A stretch of DNA of 63,860 bases, the filler included, from Octopus bimaculoides (Eukaryota), in the NCBI RefSeq assembly GCF_001194135.2. It is 5 parts of 5 records of this genome, joined end to end, with 100 filler letters (N's around TTAATTAATTAA, not from the genome) between each part and the next. Parts side by side here need not be neighbours in the genome. Positions count along the whole stretch, not along the records: positions 34,926 to 60,557 come from NC_068982.1; positions 60,658 to 63,860 come from NC_068995.1; 3 more parts are not named here. One strand, 5' to 3'. This document shows positions 50,649 to 63,860 of this stretch, in pieces. Below the pieces are notes generated by a model that saw nothing but the letters and a program-made list of their open reading frames with translations, did not search any database and had not been told where the DNA came from. Made by a program: the position numbers and the translations under genes. How positions within the stretch are numbered: position 1 is the first letter of the stretch; the number at the start of each line of letters is the position of its first letter.

Positions 50649-52201
50649 TACATATACACATACACACACACACATATATGTTTGTATATATCTATATTTC
50701 ACTTGGATGGTAGTCTCAGTTTGGAGGTGACTGTTTATGTTCTGTTTTTCCAAATGAGCACCTTTCGATCTATTGCACATTTATTTGTGAAATTGACGAA
50801 GGTGACTGTTGTATTTGTAGTGACGTTGTTACTCCTCCGTAACAAACAACAATATTGAATACTTATATTCGTAGTTTTAATGCTCTCTTTCCTATGAGAT
50901 TTACTTACATTTCGCATTCCGAACCCATTTGTTGCATTGTTTGGAATGCATCGATATCATTGATTTCCTAACAGAATTCATGTAAATTATTTCTTATGTA
51001 GTCAATGCGACAATTTCTTCATGTCTGTGGCCCAGGTGCTATTATCAGATAAACAGTTCCTGGTAGAAAAATGAAAAACAAATGGGTTTCACAGAAATAT
51101 TAATCCACAGTCGAAAGATTGAGGCCTAATCACTAACAAGACGGTGCAATACGATCTTACAATCGTGAATATTGTCACTGAAATATAAAAGGAAAACATG
51201 TACCACACTACTTTCGAAAGCAATGGAAAGACATCAACAACTTTAACTAGTCGCATTGATTATCAATTCATTTAAAGAGTGACGTTATTAATACATAATT
51301 ACAGTGTATGGGATAAATCATTTGTCACTGAAATATTCGAAATTTTAGATTTACAAATAAAAATATTTCATTAGTAATCGTTTTGACATTTCAACACTTA
51401 TATGAAATAACCTATGCTATGGGTGTGGAGTTCCATGTCGCAATGAGGTAATATTTATTTACATATCATCAAATATGTATGGAAAACTCTAATGCAATTA
51501 ACTATCTAATATGTATATATATATAATCTCTAGATGAACCCGAATATTTATGAAATGACAAATTAGATAATAATTATTAGTGGCATACATAATTAATTAT
51601 AAATCATTAATTTATATTCAAGTTGTTAGATATTACATAATGTTCTTGCATACTGTCGCATGGAAAATTCATTGTTAATGCATTTAATTTCTCACAGTGC
51701 AGCTCTTAAATATCATTTGTACTTGCAGGCTGAATAGACTATGTCAGTTTAATAATACGAAGTTAGATTTACAGACGAGTAGAAAAAGTCTACTGGTTAT
51801 ATAAGTTCCCATAAATATTTACCAGTAATACGAAGGCACGTATGCTTGCATACAAACATACAATTATTTGAAACTTTATATATATTTATGGAAATATTTC
51901 GTTATCGTTCTCTTGCAACGTCAAATTTGTTTGAACGTGTACGTGTGTGTGTGTGCGTGTGCGCGCGCGTCTACTCGTATATGTGTTATTGTTTTGTGGT
52001 TATGGTCAGTTATAAGAAAACAACTTTACATTGCACTGAGATGTTACCCAAAACATTTGTAGAGAAACAAATTTATCTGTAAAACAGAACGTTGACACTG
52101 ACTTCGAGATTTCGGCTAGTTAAAACATCATCGAATACTGCTATCGTGTATACATTATATACATATGTGTGTAGGTATGTATGTTCTTCTCTCAGGCGCT
52201 C

Positions 52202-52301
<100 letters not shown>

Positions 52302-52416
52302 TGTCTAACTCTCTATCCCTATCTCTGTGAGTGTGCGTGTATGTGTGTGTGCAAGGAAAATTATAAATGACACTAAATATGAATAGGGTGTTAGACCACC
52401 TACATTGCTATATATA

Positions 52417-53217
52417 CAGGGTACGGTGAGTAAATTGTCGTCTAAATTACGCAAAAATGAAGATAACACTGACATCTCATTTTAACAGATATATTTACCA
52501 AAATTACATAAAAATATTTTGAAATACTAAAGAGTAAATTTATTCAAAATCGCCATTGGCTTGAACCATGGTCTACAGGCGACTTCGGAATCTCCTGCAA
52601 CTCTTTGGACGGTCTCCTTGTTTAAGTTGGCAAATGCTGCCATAATCCTTGCCTTCAGTGCATCTTTGGTGTTACAAGGAATTTTGTTGGTCTCTCGGCC
52701 AGCTGCGCCCCACACATAATAATCAAGGGGTTTCAGTCTGGGGAGTTATGTGGCAAGGTATTAGTAGTGATGTGGTTGCAGAAAATGTTTGATAGCCATG
52801 GCTAGAATCTCCTGATTGTGTGGCATGGTGCAGAATCCTGTTGCCAGAAGTAGGTCCTTCCAGCAGCCACTCTCTTCACCCAGGGCAGCACTACCACCTC
52901 CAGGCACATGATGAAGGCGTCCGTGTTGAGTCTGTGTCCGTATGGGAAGAGGAATGGAAGCATAACGACGTCATCACTAGTGATCACTCCTAACACAGTG
53001 ATGTTGACTGGCTGCTTGAGTTTTATAACTCTCGGTAAATGCCCTCAGACTGCGCTGTCCCCAGATTGACACCCAGACACTCTGAAATGTTCGTATTGGA
53101 GCTTCCGGAGCGAATGCCAAGCAGTACCGCATGTCTTTCCCAAATTGCTGGCTGAGGGAATTACGTCATGGTGCTGTTTTCTCACAGAGGGTGCCCAACT
53201 GACCCTACTATACCCTG
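52417..53217 (-). mobile_element. Internally deleted maT (Bmmar1-like) Tc1/mariner element
   Basis: TA-flanked CAGGGT... ends. N-terminal WERHAVLLGIRSGSSN is joined directly to KQPVNITVLGVITSD...WQQDSAPCHT...NSPD.NPLDYYVWG. Confidence 0.85.
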
Positions 53218-53744
53218 TATTCTACAAAATGAAAACCACACAATACGCATGCGCGGAATTAAAAATATAAAATGGCGACGATTTTCCCATTATACACACA
53301 CACTATATATATATATATATATATATATGTGTATATATATATATACATATATATATATATAGTGTGTGTGTGTATAATGAGAAAATCGTCGCCATTTTAT
53401 ATTTTTAATTCCGAGCATGCGTATTGTGTGGTTTTCATTTTGTAGAATACAGGGTATAGTTGGGTCAGTTGGGCACCCTCTGTGAGAAAACAGCACCATG
53501 ACGTAATTCCCTCAGCCAGCAATTTGGGAAAGACATGCTGTACTGCTTGGCATTCGCTCCGGAAGCTNNNNNNNNNNTTGGGAAAGACATGCTGTACTGC
53601 TTGGCATTCGCTCCGGAAGCTCCAATACGAACATTTCAGAGTGTCTGGGTGTCAATCTGGGGACAGCGCAGTCTGAGGGCATCTACCGAGAGTGATAAAA
53701 CTCAAGCAGCCAGTCAACATCACTGTGTTAGGAGTGATCACTAG
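52977..53744. repeat. Near-perfect palindrome of about 330-bp arms centred on (TA)n
   Basis: The left arm from 52977 mirrors the right arm ending at 53744, with a handful of substitutions. Confidence 0.9.
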
Positions 53745-53754
53745 NNNNNNNNNN

Positions 53755-53798
<44 letters not shown>

Positions 53799-53849
53799 CG
53801 GACACACAACTAATATCTTTCTTTTATAGTTATAGTTTCTCCTACTATT

Positions 53850-54620
53850 TACTTAGAATTTGATCCTCTGCCGGAAGCAGCAATAAAAAGAATTGTGTCT
53901 GCCTCACTTCGGGCACCGTTGTGTATTCTATTTGTCTACTTCGCCCCCGTTGAAATTCATTTTCAGTTATTTGACAGATAACGCTTTTTTCTATGTTTCT
54001 GTTATGGAATTCTGCAGCTCTATTTTCCGGGTAGGTTGGTGGTAACGCTTGATTTTAGTAGTTTTGAAATTACAATTGCTTTTTCCAAATTTTACTTCAT
54101 GACTCTCTGCATTTTCAACTTCTGTTTCGTATTTGTTGGACAGTTTGTCTGAAGGCAGAGGATTATTGCTTTGGTCGTTTTGATAATTATTTGTATACAT
54201 TTTCTATTATGAATTACAAAATACATTTTGTGTTTAAACGATTGTTTTTCTCAGTCTTATAAGGTTCTTAACTCTGTATTCGTGTTAAATATTGATCATT
54301 CTATATCCAAAATTGTTTGAGTACATTAAATGCAACTATATTATATTCAATGTTTCTGTCTACTTTTCTTAATTCGTTTAGTGAATACTTGAGAATATTA
54401 AGGCTACAACCTATAACTGGGACTAGATTGTTGGTGCCTTTGTCTTTACTTTTGGCATTCATCCACCGTTTTAAGTGTCAATCAAATGCATTTATAATAT
54501 TTCTTTCTAATTTCTTCTTACATTTGTATGTGTTGCACACCCTGTAGTTCATTGATTCCATAATATTTGTAGTTCAGTGCAAGCTCTGTTTTTATTACAA
54601 TTCCTTTAACAAGCACGATA
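53850..54620 (-). other. Possible Penelope-like N-terminal remnant
   Basis: Decayed coding-like sequence near the PLE RT fragment; only weak motif resemblance. Confidence 0.25.
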
Positions 54621-55559
54621 TTTATTTTCTTAATTAAGTTCCTTCACTCCAAGGCAGTAGCGACAGCAGTGACAGCGGTAGCAGTGACAGCGGCAGCAGT
54701 GGCGGCAGTTGTAGCGGCAGCAACAAAGCAGGTGCAGCAGCAGTAGCAGCAACAGCAGCAGCAGCAGTAGTAGTAGTAGTAGTAGTAGTAGTAGCTTTTT
54801 AAAAAAATCTCATGCAGCAAATTAGATATTAGTAATTATTTCTCGGACGTTCTAAATACGAAGGAGGTAAGGTTTTCATAGTCCATTTTTAACACAGTGC
54901 TACCATCTTCAAACAAGGGGGAAATCGAAAACAAAATTGCCATGAGGCAGCAAACACATTGCTAAAGACACAACAATTATGAAAAATACAACTTAATAAA
55001 CTTTGACTGACTTTTAGAACAACCTAATGACCGAGTAGTTAAATCAGGTTAACCATTAAAAAACAGATGGAATGCTGATAATTAAAAATAGTTAAATCAT
55101 TAAAAATAAGGTGAATCCTTATATACATATATATATATATACATAAATTCATTCACATTTTTCATATATATTGCGTAATTTAACATAACTTAATTTAATA
55201 TAATATAATAGAGTCAAGTCCCTATATTAATTTCTTTATTCACTTTTACTATCCTACCTACTAATAGTTAACTTTGGATTATTTGTGTTTATTTGTATAC
55301 ATTTATATATTTTTTTGCCTACTTTGTTGTTTATGTTATCGGTTATCCATTAACCAACCATAGCAAAGTCATGGCCTTTCAAATTAGTAGATGACCAATT
55401 AGATTACGGGACTGACCATAACCCCCTCCCAAATCCCGCATGATTTCAGCAACTCGAGAAACAAAAAGTAACGGAAAATAATACAGTATCTTGATTAATA
55501 CCCGGAAATTTATTACTTCTACTACAAACTAATATCACAGCTATTAATATAAACTCTAA

Positions 55560-55905
55560 CCCATTTATTGTGGACCTATATATCAAGCCCTCAATACAAA
55601 ACATAATGCATGGTTGTATGTATTTCTGTATAATTATTATAATTATACAAAAAGAAAAATACTGTTTTTTGGTAACCATGGATGTTTCTTCCTTATATGC
55701 CAATATTGACCACAATGAAGTGGTAGAAGCATACATGGATGCCTTCAAAAAGCGGTCCAACAAAAGTATTCCATGAAATTTGTTTTGTAGATTATTGAGG
55801 TTTTTGTTAGAAAGTAACACAATGAAGTTTAGTCAAAGATTTTACCACCAGTCGAAGGGTTGCGCCATGGGTACCCCCATGGCAATTAATTTCGCTAATG
55901 TTTTT
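55560..55905 (+). mobile_element. Penelope-like element RT remnant
   Basis: FLVTMDVSSLYANIDH and YHQSKGCAMGTPMAINFAN are PLE-type RT motifs. Confidence 0.8.
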
Positions 55906-56964
55906 TTTTTATGGTTGGTTAATGGGTAACCGATTACAAACAACAAAGTGGGCAAAAAAATATATTGATGTATGCAAATAAAAAAAAACAAATAATCTAA
56001 GGTTAACTATTAGTAGGTAGGATAGTAAAAATCAATAANNNNNNNNNNNNNNNNNNNNNNNNNNNNNNNNNNNNNNNNNNNNNNNNNNNNNNNNNNNNNN
56101 NNNNNNNNNNNNNNNNNNNNNNNNNNNNNNNNNNNNNNNNNNNNNNNNNNNNNNNNNNNNNNNNNNNNNNNNNNNNNNNNNNNNNNNNNNNNNNNNNNNN
56201 NNNNNNNNNNNNNNNNNNNNNNNNNNNNNNNNNNNNNNNNNNNNNNNNNNNNNNNNNNNNNNNNNNNNNNNNNNNNNNNNNNNNNNNNNNNNNNNNNNNN
56301 NNNNNNNNNNNNNNCAAGAACACTAAACATCCAGACAGTTAGGTGATATAAAAAAGGGACAACAAAACATCCAGATAAACGATGCAAAGAAAACAAGGAC
56401 GAGTCATTCGGAGTTTTCCTTCCTCACTCGAGTTCCAGATTATCTTTGCAATTTCGGTTGGTTATACTCGAGATTGCTCCAATCTAGCCAGCCTGAAAGA
56501 AAAACTAAGCTAAGAGCATTAGATTCCTTGGAAGAAAGCAGCGAGTGTTTACGAAAACAAGGACGTAAAAAACGGAGAACGTTACACAAATACAAATAAC
56601 AGGACATAACAACAGGTGTCTTTCGACTAAGGACGAATTAAATTAAGCTGGCGTGTGTGGAAATAAAGCCTTACGGCAGGGATATAAGATTTCACAAGCT
56701 CAGGGAGGAATATAGATGTTGCATGGACGGCGTCCGAACCAAGAAAGAAAGGTGAGGCTTAGCAAGGGGATATTGTTTTAATAGACTGCATGTAAAAGAT
56801 AAGTTATTACAAATTTATTAAATAAACAGTATATAATAATAGCATATGTATCTGTCTAATTCGGGGAATCATTTATATATTTACTAAACTATATGGGTTA
56901 TATAGCGTTAAAGTTATATGTTGGAAGTTATATATTTTTCTGAGTTTATTAAGTTATAGTGGAT

Positions 56965-57755
56965 GAGTCCAGCACTACACTACCAAACAGTCTCCATAAA
57001 ATTATTTTTGAAAAGCTCGATTTTATGGAAGATTTTCTGTGCTTCATTTTGGTCCAACCACTGCAAAAAAAAAAATTTGTTTTTGTTTTTGTTATTGCAT
57101 AGAATCCACATTTCATCGCAAGTTACAATACGGCCGAAAAATGTATCGGTCTGGTTATGGAGAAGATGCGACGGGCAAATTTCATATTTGAGCATTTTTT
57201 TGATTTTCATTCAATTCGTGTGGTACATATTTGTCGAGCTTGTTTGATTTTCCGATTGCATGCAAATGGTTTCAGGCAGTTTTCTGACGACCTTGAAGTT
57301 CTTTTGCCAGTTCTCGTGTGGTTTTATGTGGATTTTTCTCAATGACGGTCTTTAATTGACCATCATCAACGACAGACGGGCGTTCACTACGATCACGATC
57401 TTCAGGGCTCATGTCTCCACTGAAATCGTTTAAACCATTTTCGAGCTGACCACCCACTGGTCAGGTCATTTCGTCACCAAACGTTTCGTTGATGTCGCGA
57501 GCAATTTCATCTGCTTTACGTCTTTTTTTGAAGTTGAATAGGAAAATTGATCGAATATCGTGCTTTGACAGTTCCATTTCAGGTGATCGTAACAACGGCG
57601 AAAAAATATCAATGTCAATTTGTTGATGCATTTGGGCAAATCAACATGGGTATTATCAGAGAATTGCAAAACAAATTTTAAAGAAATTCAAAACTACAAA
57701 AATCCGGTGCAAATTCTTATGATTCAAAACGTTGCTTACTTTTTATTCAACCTGA
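56965..57755 (-). mobile_element. Mariner remnant (Hsmar1/cecropia-like), 5' half
   Basis: TIR TA|TCAGGTTGAATAAAAAGTAAGCAACGTTTT; RPSVVDDGQLKTVIEKNPHKTTRELA; RIVTCDEMWIL...QWLD...METVW. Confidence 0.9.
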
Positions 57756-58178
57756 TATATACCTAATAAATATTTAAAAAGTCGATATTTTCTTCAATAT
57801 ATAAACTTACGAGTAATAAGTAAGAAATTGTAGGAAACTAGAACGAATACACGACAATTGTTTTTAATGCAGTTGACATTATTATAATCAAAACGTAAAC
57901 TTTGGTTTTAAACAATAACATCTGTTTGCACATTTCTTGCAAAATACTTGTATATAATTCTTTACAACAGAAACTCAATTGCAATTCCACTTAAGCATAG
58001 TCAATATTTTAGATATAGTTTGTGAAAGTGTTTGTTTTGTTATATTTAATGATCAGCATTGAAATATATTTTATGGTTAAAAAGTATATGTAACACGCTG
58101 TTTTAGAAGAACGTAAATTTCAGTTCACCATTGTATTTTACGCCCAGAGAAACACAAAAATACGTATGTTTATGTACG

Positions 58179-58251
<73 letters not shown>

Positions 58252-58362
58252 TTATATGTGTTGACATACAAACGAACATCTCTAGAAAATTTTAAAACTT
58301 AGGTATTCTCAATTTTTTGTGAGTTTCATCTTTCTTTTCTCCCTGACAATCCGAATATATAA

Positions 58363-59552
58363 ACACTCTAGAATTGCGATCACCCAGGAGAACAAGTTGT
58401 TCGCTAATAAGGATGCTAGTGATAGTGGATGCAACGTTCTCGTAGAACTCATCCTGGTCATCCGGGGTGGCGGACATTGTCGGGGCACACACACTGACGG
58501 AGGTGATGGGGCCTTCGGTAGTGTTGAGTCGGAGAGTTAGGAGCTGCTTGAAGCCGCCTATACCTAGTTCTACCATCCTCAGCATGCTGTTCTTTATTTC
58601 AAAGCATACTCTATGTCCTCTGGGCTCATCAAAGCTACTCCCTTTCCAGAGGAATATGTAGTCCCTCTCTCTCAGTGTGCCTGCATCGACTAACCTTGTT
58701 TCTTGCAGAGCAGCGATATCTACGTTTAGTCACTTGAGCTCCTCGTTGATGATTGCTGTTTTTCCTGGCGTCACTAATGTCCAGAAGGTCCTGGGAGAGG
58801 CTAGGCATCATTGTCCGGATATTCCAACATCCCAGTTTTAGAGCTGGTCTCTTGTTGATAGCTTTTCTATTTTTGCCTGGTGCAGTAGTTGACGATTTGC
58901 TTGTTCTCTTAATTCCTATGAACCCAATGAGGAAAGCAAGCCGTGCGGGACAACACCTTACTGGCTGGGATCTGCCTAACTTGAGGCGGGGGGTAGCTGT
59001 CCAATGAGATTCGAAAATCTCTCCCACCGTCGGAAGCAACCCCTGGCGCCGCCCTCTACGCCAATTGAGTAAAGGTTTCTGCTGCTTACCGTGTTGCGTC
59101 GACACCAAATGAATGGCGAAGCTGGTGCGTCCCCTCCAGGTGTAGGTGTGCATGCTTAATGATGGCCTGGGCAATATATTATGGAGAACAGGTTGGAAAT
59201 TTTTCCCCCTCTCCAACTCGCTGACGAATTCAAAGGAATAGTGGGCTGCTACAGTTTGGTGATAACGTGGTCGCAGGGACTGCCAGAAAGAAGTTGAAGT
59301 CAACATCGAGCTGCCTTAGGGGCTCCAACTCCTGATTTTTCCTCGCAGTTTTCTCCTGAAGACTTTCCTGTGGTCAGGTATCCCACAAGCCAGCAGAAGT
59401 TTGAAATCAGGGTTGCCTTTCTACTAGGTGGGATGCCCTCCCGGGCTGACGAGCCCCAACTGCCCGAAGCAGGTTTTGAGGCGCCAGATACCCGCCTTTG
59501 CCCCTTCTCCCGTCAGTGATAGTAGCTCCGCCGGGCTTTGAGGCTAAGCCGA
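58363..59552 (-). mobile_element. RTE-clade LINE: 5' UTR plus N-terminal half of the AP endonuclease, 3' truncated
   Basis: KLGCWNIRTM, DIAALQET, YIFLWKG, SVCAPT, FYE and LLGDRNSRV APE motifs with frameshifts; GC-rich 5' UTR up to a (TA)n tract. Confidence 0.9.
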
Positions 59553-59829
59553 CACACAATATATATATATATATACAGTTTAAAAACACAATATACAATA
59601 TGTACACACACATGCTAAAAAACAATATATATAATNNNNNNNNNNNNNNNNNNNNNNNNNNNNNNNNNNNNNNNNNNNNNNNNNNNNNNNNNNNNNNNNN
59701 NNNNNNNNNNNNNNNNNNNNNNNNNNNNNNNNNNNNNNNNNNNNNNNNNNNNNNNNNNNNNNNNNNNNNNNNNNNNNNNNNNNNNNNNNNNNNNNNNNNN
59801 NNNNNNNNNNNNNNNNNNNNNNNNNNNNN

Positions 59830-59867
<38 letters not shown>

Positions 59868-60020
59868 CCAATAGTAGTGAGAAGAAGAAGAAGAAGAAGA
59901 AGAAGAAGAAGAAGAAGAAGAAGAAGAGGAGGAGGAGGAGGAGGGGGAAGAAGAAAAAGAAGAAGAAGAAGAAGAAAAAGAAGAAGAAGAAGAAGAAGAA
60001 GAAGAAGAAGAAGAAGAAGA
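59830..60020. repeat. (AAT)n and (GAA/GAG)n arrays
   Basis: Read directly. Confidence 0.95.
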
Positions 60021-60444
60021 AATATATTTCGATAGTTGATTGTAATTAATTATCTTGACCGTTATAATTTTGTTGTATTTTATTGTAATCGTTATGTAGT
60101 TGAAAAGTTAACGTTCATATTACATAGGCATATCAACTAATTTATTTACACACCAGCCATCCTTTATTAGATTGTCAATTGAATCTCTCTATTTAATTAA
60201 TTGTTTGTAATTTAGATTATAGTCATATTTATGTGGTATACAACTGATGTACCAGTGAATGGAATGTTTTACACACCACTTTGAAGGAATTCCTGTCCTT
60301 AGTTTCTTACTTTATTTATATATACATATATATATATATATATAAGATAAGGAAATAATTTTATTCCCAAATCCAGGATACTGCTAATGATGTAGCATGA
60401 GCAGGATAAACTATCCATGGTTTGCAGAAAAATCTGTTAGCGCC

Positions 60445-60515
60445 CAGCCATGAGACTCGAACTCAAATCCCTGCGATTACACGTCAAATGCCTAACCATT
60501 AACATAATGTGCCCA
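60445..60515 (-). mobile_element. tRNA-derived SINE head fragment
   Basis: Minus strand ATGGTTAGGCATTTGACGTGTAATCGCAGGGATTTGAGTTCGAGTCTC; no full cloverleaf. Confidence 0.45.
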
Positions 60516-60557
60516 GTGCAATTTTACGATATATAAATCTAGTTTATCTTGTTCACA

Positions 60558-60657
60558 NNNNNNNNNNNNNNNNNNNNNNNNNNNNNNNNNNNNNNNNNNN
60601 NTTAATTAATTAANNNNNNNNNNNNNNNNNNNNNNNNNNNNNNNNNNNNNNNNNNNN
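60558..60657. other. Synthetic scaffold linker
   Basis: N44-TTAATTAATTAA-N44. Confidence 0.95.
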
Positions 60658-61354
60658 TCGAAAAAAAAGAGAAAAGGAAAGGCCGATCAATAGGGATCGT
60701 GTATCACACAGTAATGTTCTCGTGTAAAAAGAGGGGAGGACAGTTTAGGTTTAGCCGTGGAAGGAAAAGCCCGCGGAAAAGACCACGGTAACCTTGGTCA
60801 ATATTCTCATTGAAGAAACTATAACAGTAAGTGACTCTCTAGATAGATAGATAGATAGATAGATAGATATATAGATAAGATAGATGATATAGACAGATAC
60901 AGGGAGGGATAGATATAGACAGACAGACAGATAGACGACATAGATAGACAGTTAGAGAGACAGACAGACAGACAGACAGGTAGATAGATAGATAGATAGA
61001 CAGATAGATAGATAGTCAAACAGACAGTGTCCCTTGCAGCTAAACGAAAGGTATGAAAATGATATTTAATAATTACGGTTGTTGGTAACTGTAGTTCTAT
61101 AGAGAGCTGGCAGCAAGATGTGGATGTGTGTGTTGTGTGTTGTAATATGCGTATGTGTTGGTATGTGTGTTGTAAAATTTGCGTTTTTTTATAGTGTAGC
61201 TGACAGTGTGTATGTATGTATGTAGTTATCTGTAAGTGTGTGTGCGCGAGCGCAATTAGCTCTATGTATAATAAACGTGTGTGTGTGTATGCGTATGTGT
61301 ACTTAATAACTGTCTCTGACACTTCTTGCTGACGTCAGTCAACATAAAACAAAC

Positions 61355-61603
61355 AACAACAACAACAACAACAAACTCAAGTATGAAGTCTGTGGGTTTT
61401 ACAATCACCACCACCACCACCATCACCACCACCATCGCCCTCATCTCCATCACCATCATCATCATCCTCATCAGCAGCAGCAGTAATGTCATGATCAACT
61501 AATATCTTATCACCACTACCACAAACACCATCATCATCATCATCATCATCATCATTTGATTATGATTATTATGAATCATCATTACCATCAGCATCCCGCC
61601 ATT

Positions 61604-61634
<31 letters not shown>

Positions 61635-62240
61635 CCATCATCATCATTATCGCCGTCATTTCCTTTATACCTTCTGGCCAGACCAACCACCAAACCAAAC
61701 GCACTATCATCATTATTATAACTGCTCGCCAACCCNNNNNNNNNNNNNNNNNNNNNNNNNNNNNNNNNNNNNNNNNNNNNNNNNNNNNNNNNNNNNNNNN
61801 NNNNNNNNNNNNNNNNNNNNNNNNNNNNNNNNNNNNNNNNNNNNNNNNNNNNNNNNNNNNNNNNNNNNNNNNNNNNNNNCCCCCCCCCACCTCCACCACC
61901 ACCACTACCACCCGTTGCTACAGTGTTCTCTCTCTCTTTCTCTCTAACATACACAGACACACACACACACCTGATCTGTTCCGCTAACTCCATCCAGCAT
62001 CAACATCACTAACACCACCGTTATCGGCATCAACAGCAATTATTATCCGCCATCACTTGCACTACTTCCACCATCGCCACCACCACCATCACCACCACCA
62101 CCACCATAACTCAGTCTTTGATCTATCCTATTCTGCATCAGCATCAGCAGCATTATCTGCACTACCACCATCACTATCTTTGCCGCCGTTACTGTTACCA
62201 CCACCACTACCACCACTACCACCACCACCACCACCAACAG
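61355..62240. repeat. Mosaic CAA/CAC/CAT/CAG trinucleotide arrays
   Basis: Read directly; no splice-supported frame. Confidence 0.85.
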
Positions 62241-62895
62241 AACACTGAAATTAAAATTCTATGAACGGAAGAACAAAGCCTCAAAGACAGGGCGATCATT
62301 TTGCTGACATTGTGGAATATTGCACAAACACGTAACACACACACACACAACAAACTATTATCTATACACATGCATTACACATGATATTGCACACACATTC
62401 ACATATTAACACGCACTTGTGTGTATGCACGCAGAAAAATATACATACATATAGACACCAGCTGAGGCACACAAACACATACACAAACAGACACATACAC
62501 ACACGCATACAGATACATATTAAACAGAAATATTGACGCACCAACACATACATAGAAGACACGTTTGTATACAGATATACACATTATACATCTTATAAAA
62601 CCGAAATGTAGAGCCGCGTCCACAAACATCAACACAACTCTACGCACGGTATAAACATACACACACGTATAATAAATATATATACGATGTATAAATACGC
62701 ACGCGTATTTGCATGTATAAATGATAAATATGTATGTGGCTGCGCGCATGCGTGCGCAGACAGTGCCTTCCCGCGCTTTTACACGGTAAATTGCTTCCTG
62801 AGCTTACGCGTAAATTGAAGCCGTGTAAAATGAGACAAATGGTTTTTAATGATGATTTTGTTATTGTTGTTGTTAGTATTATTATATTATTATTA

Positions 62896-62945
<50 letters not shown>

Positions 62946-62984
62946 GTTACGAAGTGCCGGAGCCAGGTAAACCCACGCCAGGTT

Positions 62985-63165
62985 AGGAAAAAAGCACCCA
63001 ACACACTGTAAAGTGGTTGGCTTTGGGAAGGGCATCCAGCCGTAGAAAAACGGAAGCCAATTCGGAAGACTGGCAACCTGGTTTCCAGCTCTGGTCAAAC
63101 ACATCCACGTCAGCACGGAAAACGGACGTTAAATGATGACGACGACAACGATGATGACAATGATG
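62985..63165 (+). mobile_element. SINE-like repeat with an RTE-type (GAT)n 3' tail
   Basis: GGAAGGGCATCCAGCCGTAG...GAAAACGGACGTTAAATGATGACGACG. Confidence 0.55.
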
Positions 63166-63860
63166 TTGATGATGATGACTGTCTGTTATCAGTATTAAAC
63201 ATATGAAAAATCTAAACATTTGTATATAAATAAATATGATTACAATCGTAATAATATTGTGCTTCATCTTCTAACGCGAAATAAAACAGCTTTCCCCCAT
63301 TGTTTCCACAAAACTATTAAATATTCTATTATTAAGTACATTTCAAACTTATTGAAGACCCGGTGGTATATGCCGAATGCCAAATACTCATCTAGATCCC
63401 TTTAGTTCGTTTCTTAAACATTCTTAATTGTTGTTTCGATGATTCTATATTTTAAAGCTGTGTGTATATCACAGTTTCTGTTGAACATATTCATTTCCAC
63501 ATTAAGGTAGATTTCATTTGTACATTTATGTCCAGTGAATGAGAAAGGAGTCCTGAATACATGCTGTATAGGTAAGACAAATTATTTGTGCGTGTGTATG
63601 TAGATACACACGCCTACACACAATATATAAAAACATATATATGTATATGTATATATATGTATGGTTATATATGTATATATTGTTGTGTGGGTGTGTGTAT
63701 GTACATACACACACGCACACCTTTATCGTTAAAGGTGCGAAACTGAAGTGTACCGTTGGTCGATAACTGACAAAAGATTACGGACGGTTTCCCGTTCGTT
63801 TTTAGATACCGTATACTTTATGTTGTTTGTTTACATATATATATATACATATATATACAT

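Overview
Gap-rich, AT-rich, repeat-dominated eukaryotic DNA. The SINE families, microsatellite load and RTE/Dong/mariner/Penelope mix suggest a cephalopod (Octopus-like) draft assembly; this is inferred, not searched. The only host gene I can support is two spliced + strand exons (11079-11202, 14033-14235) of a class A neuropeptide-type GPCR covering TM3-end to ICL3; its other exons were not found. The rest is several tRNA-headed SINE families, decayed LINEs (RTE, R4/Dong, Tx1/L1-like ORF1, Penelope RT), mariner/maT remnants, a Helitron-like fragment, MITE-like inverted repeats and simple repeats. Four identical N44-TTAATTAATTAA-N44 cassettes are synthetic scaffold linkers. The most interesting signal is a short element with a tRNA-derived Pol III head, an (AAT)n tract and a minimal type I hammerhead ribozyme. 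One copy has an intact fold (13775-14014), lies sense in the GPCR intron and has its predicted cut site 71 nt before an exon. A second copy (42651-42940, - strand) is joined head-to-head to another head, and two degenerate hammerhead relics occur elsewhere.
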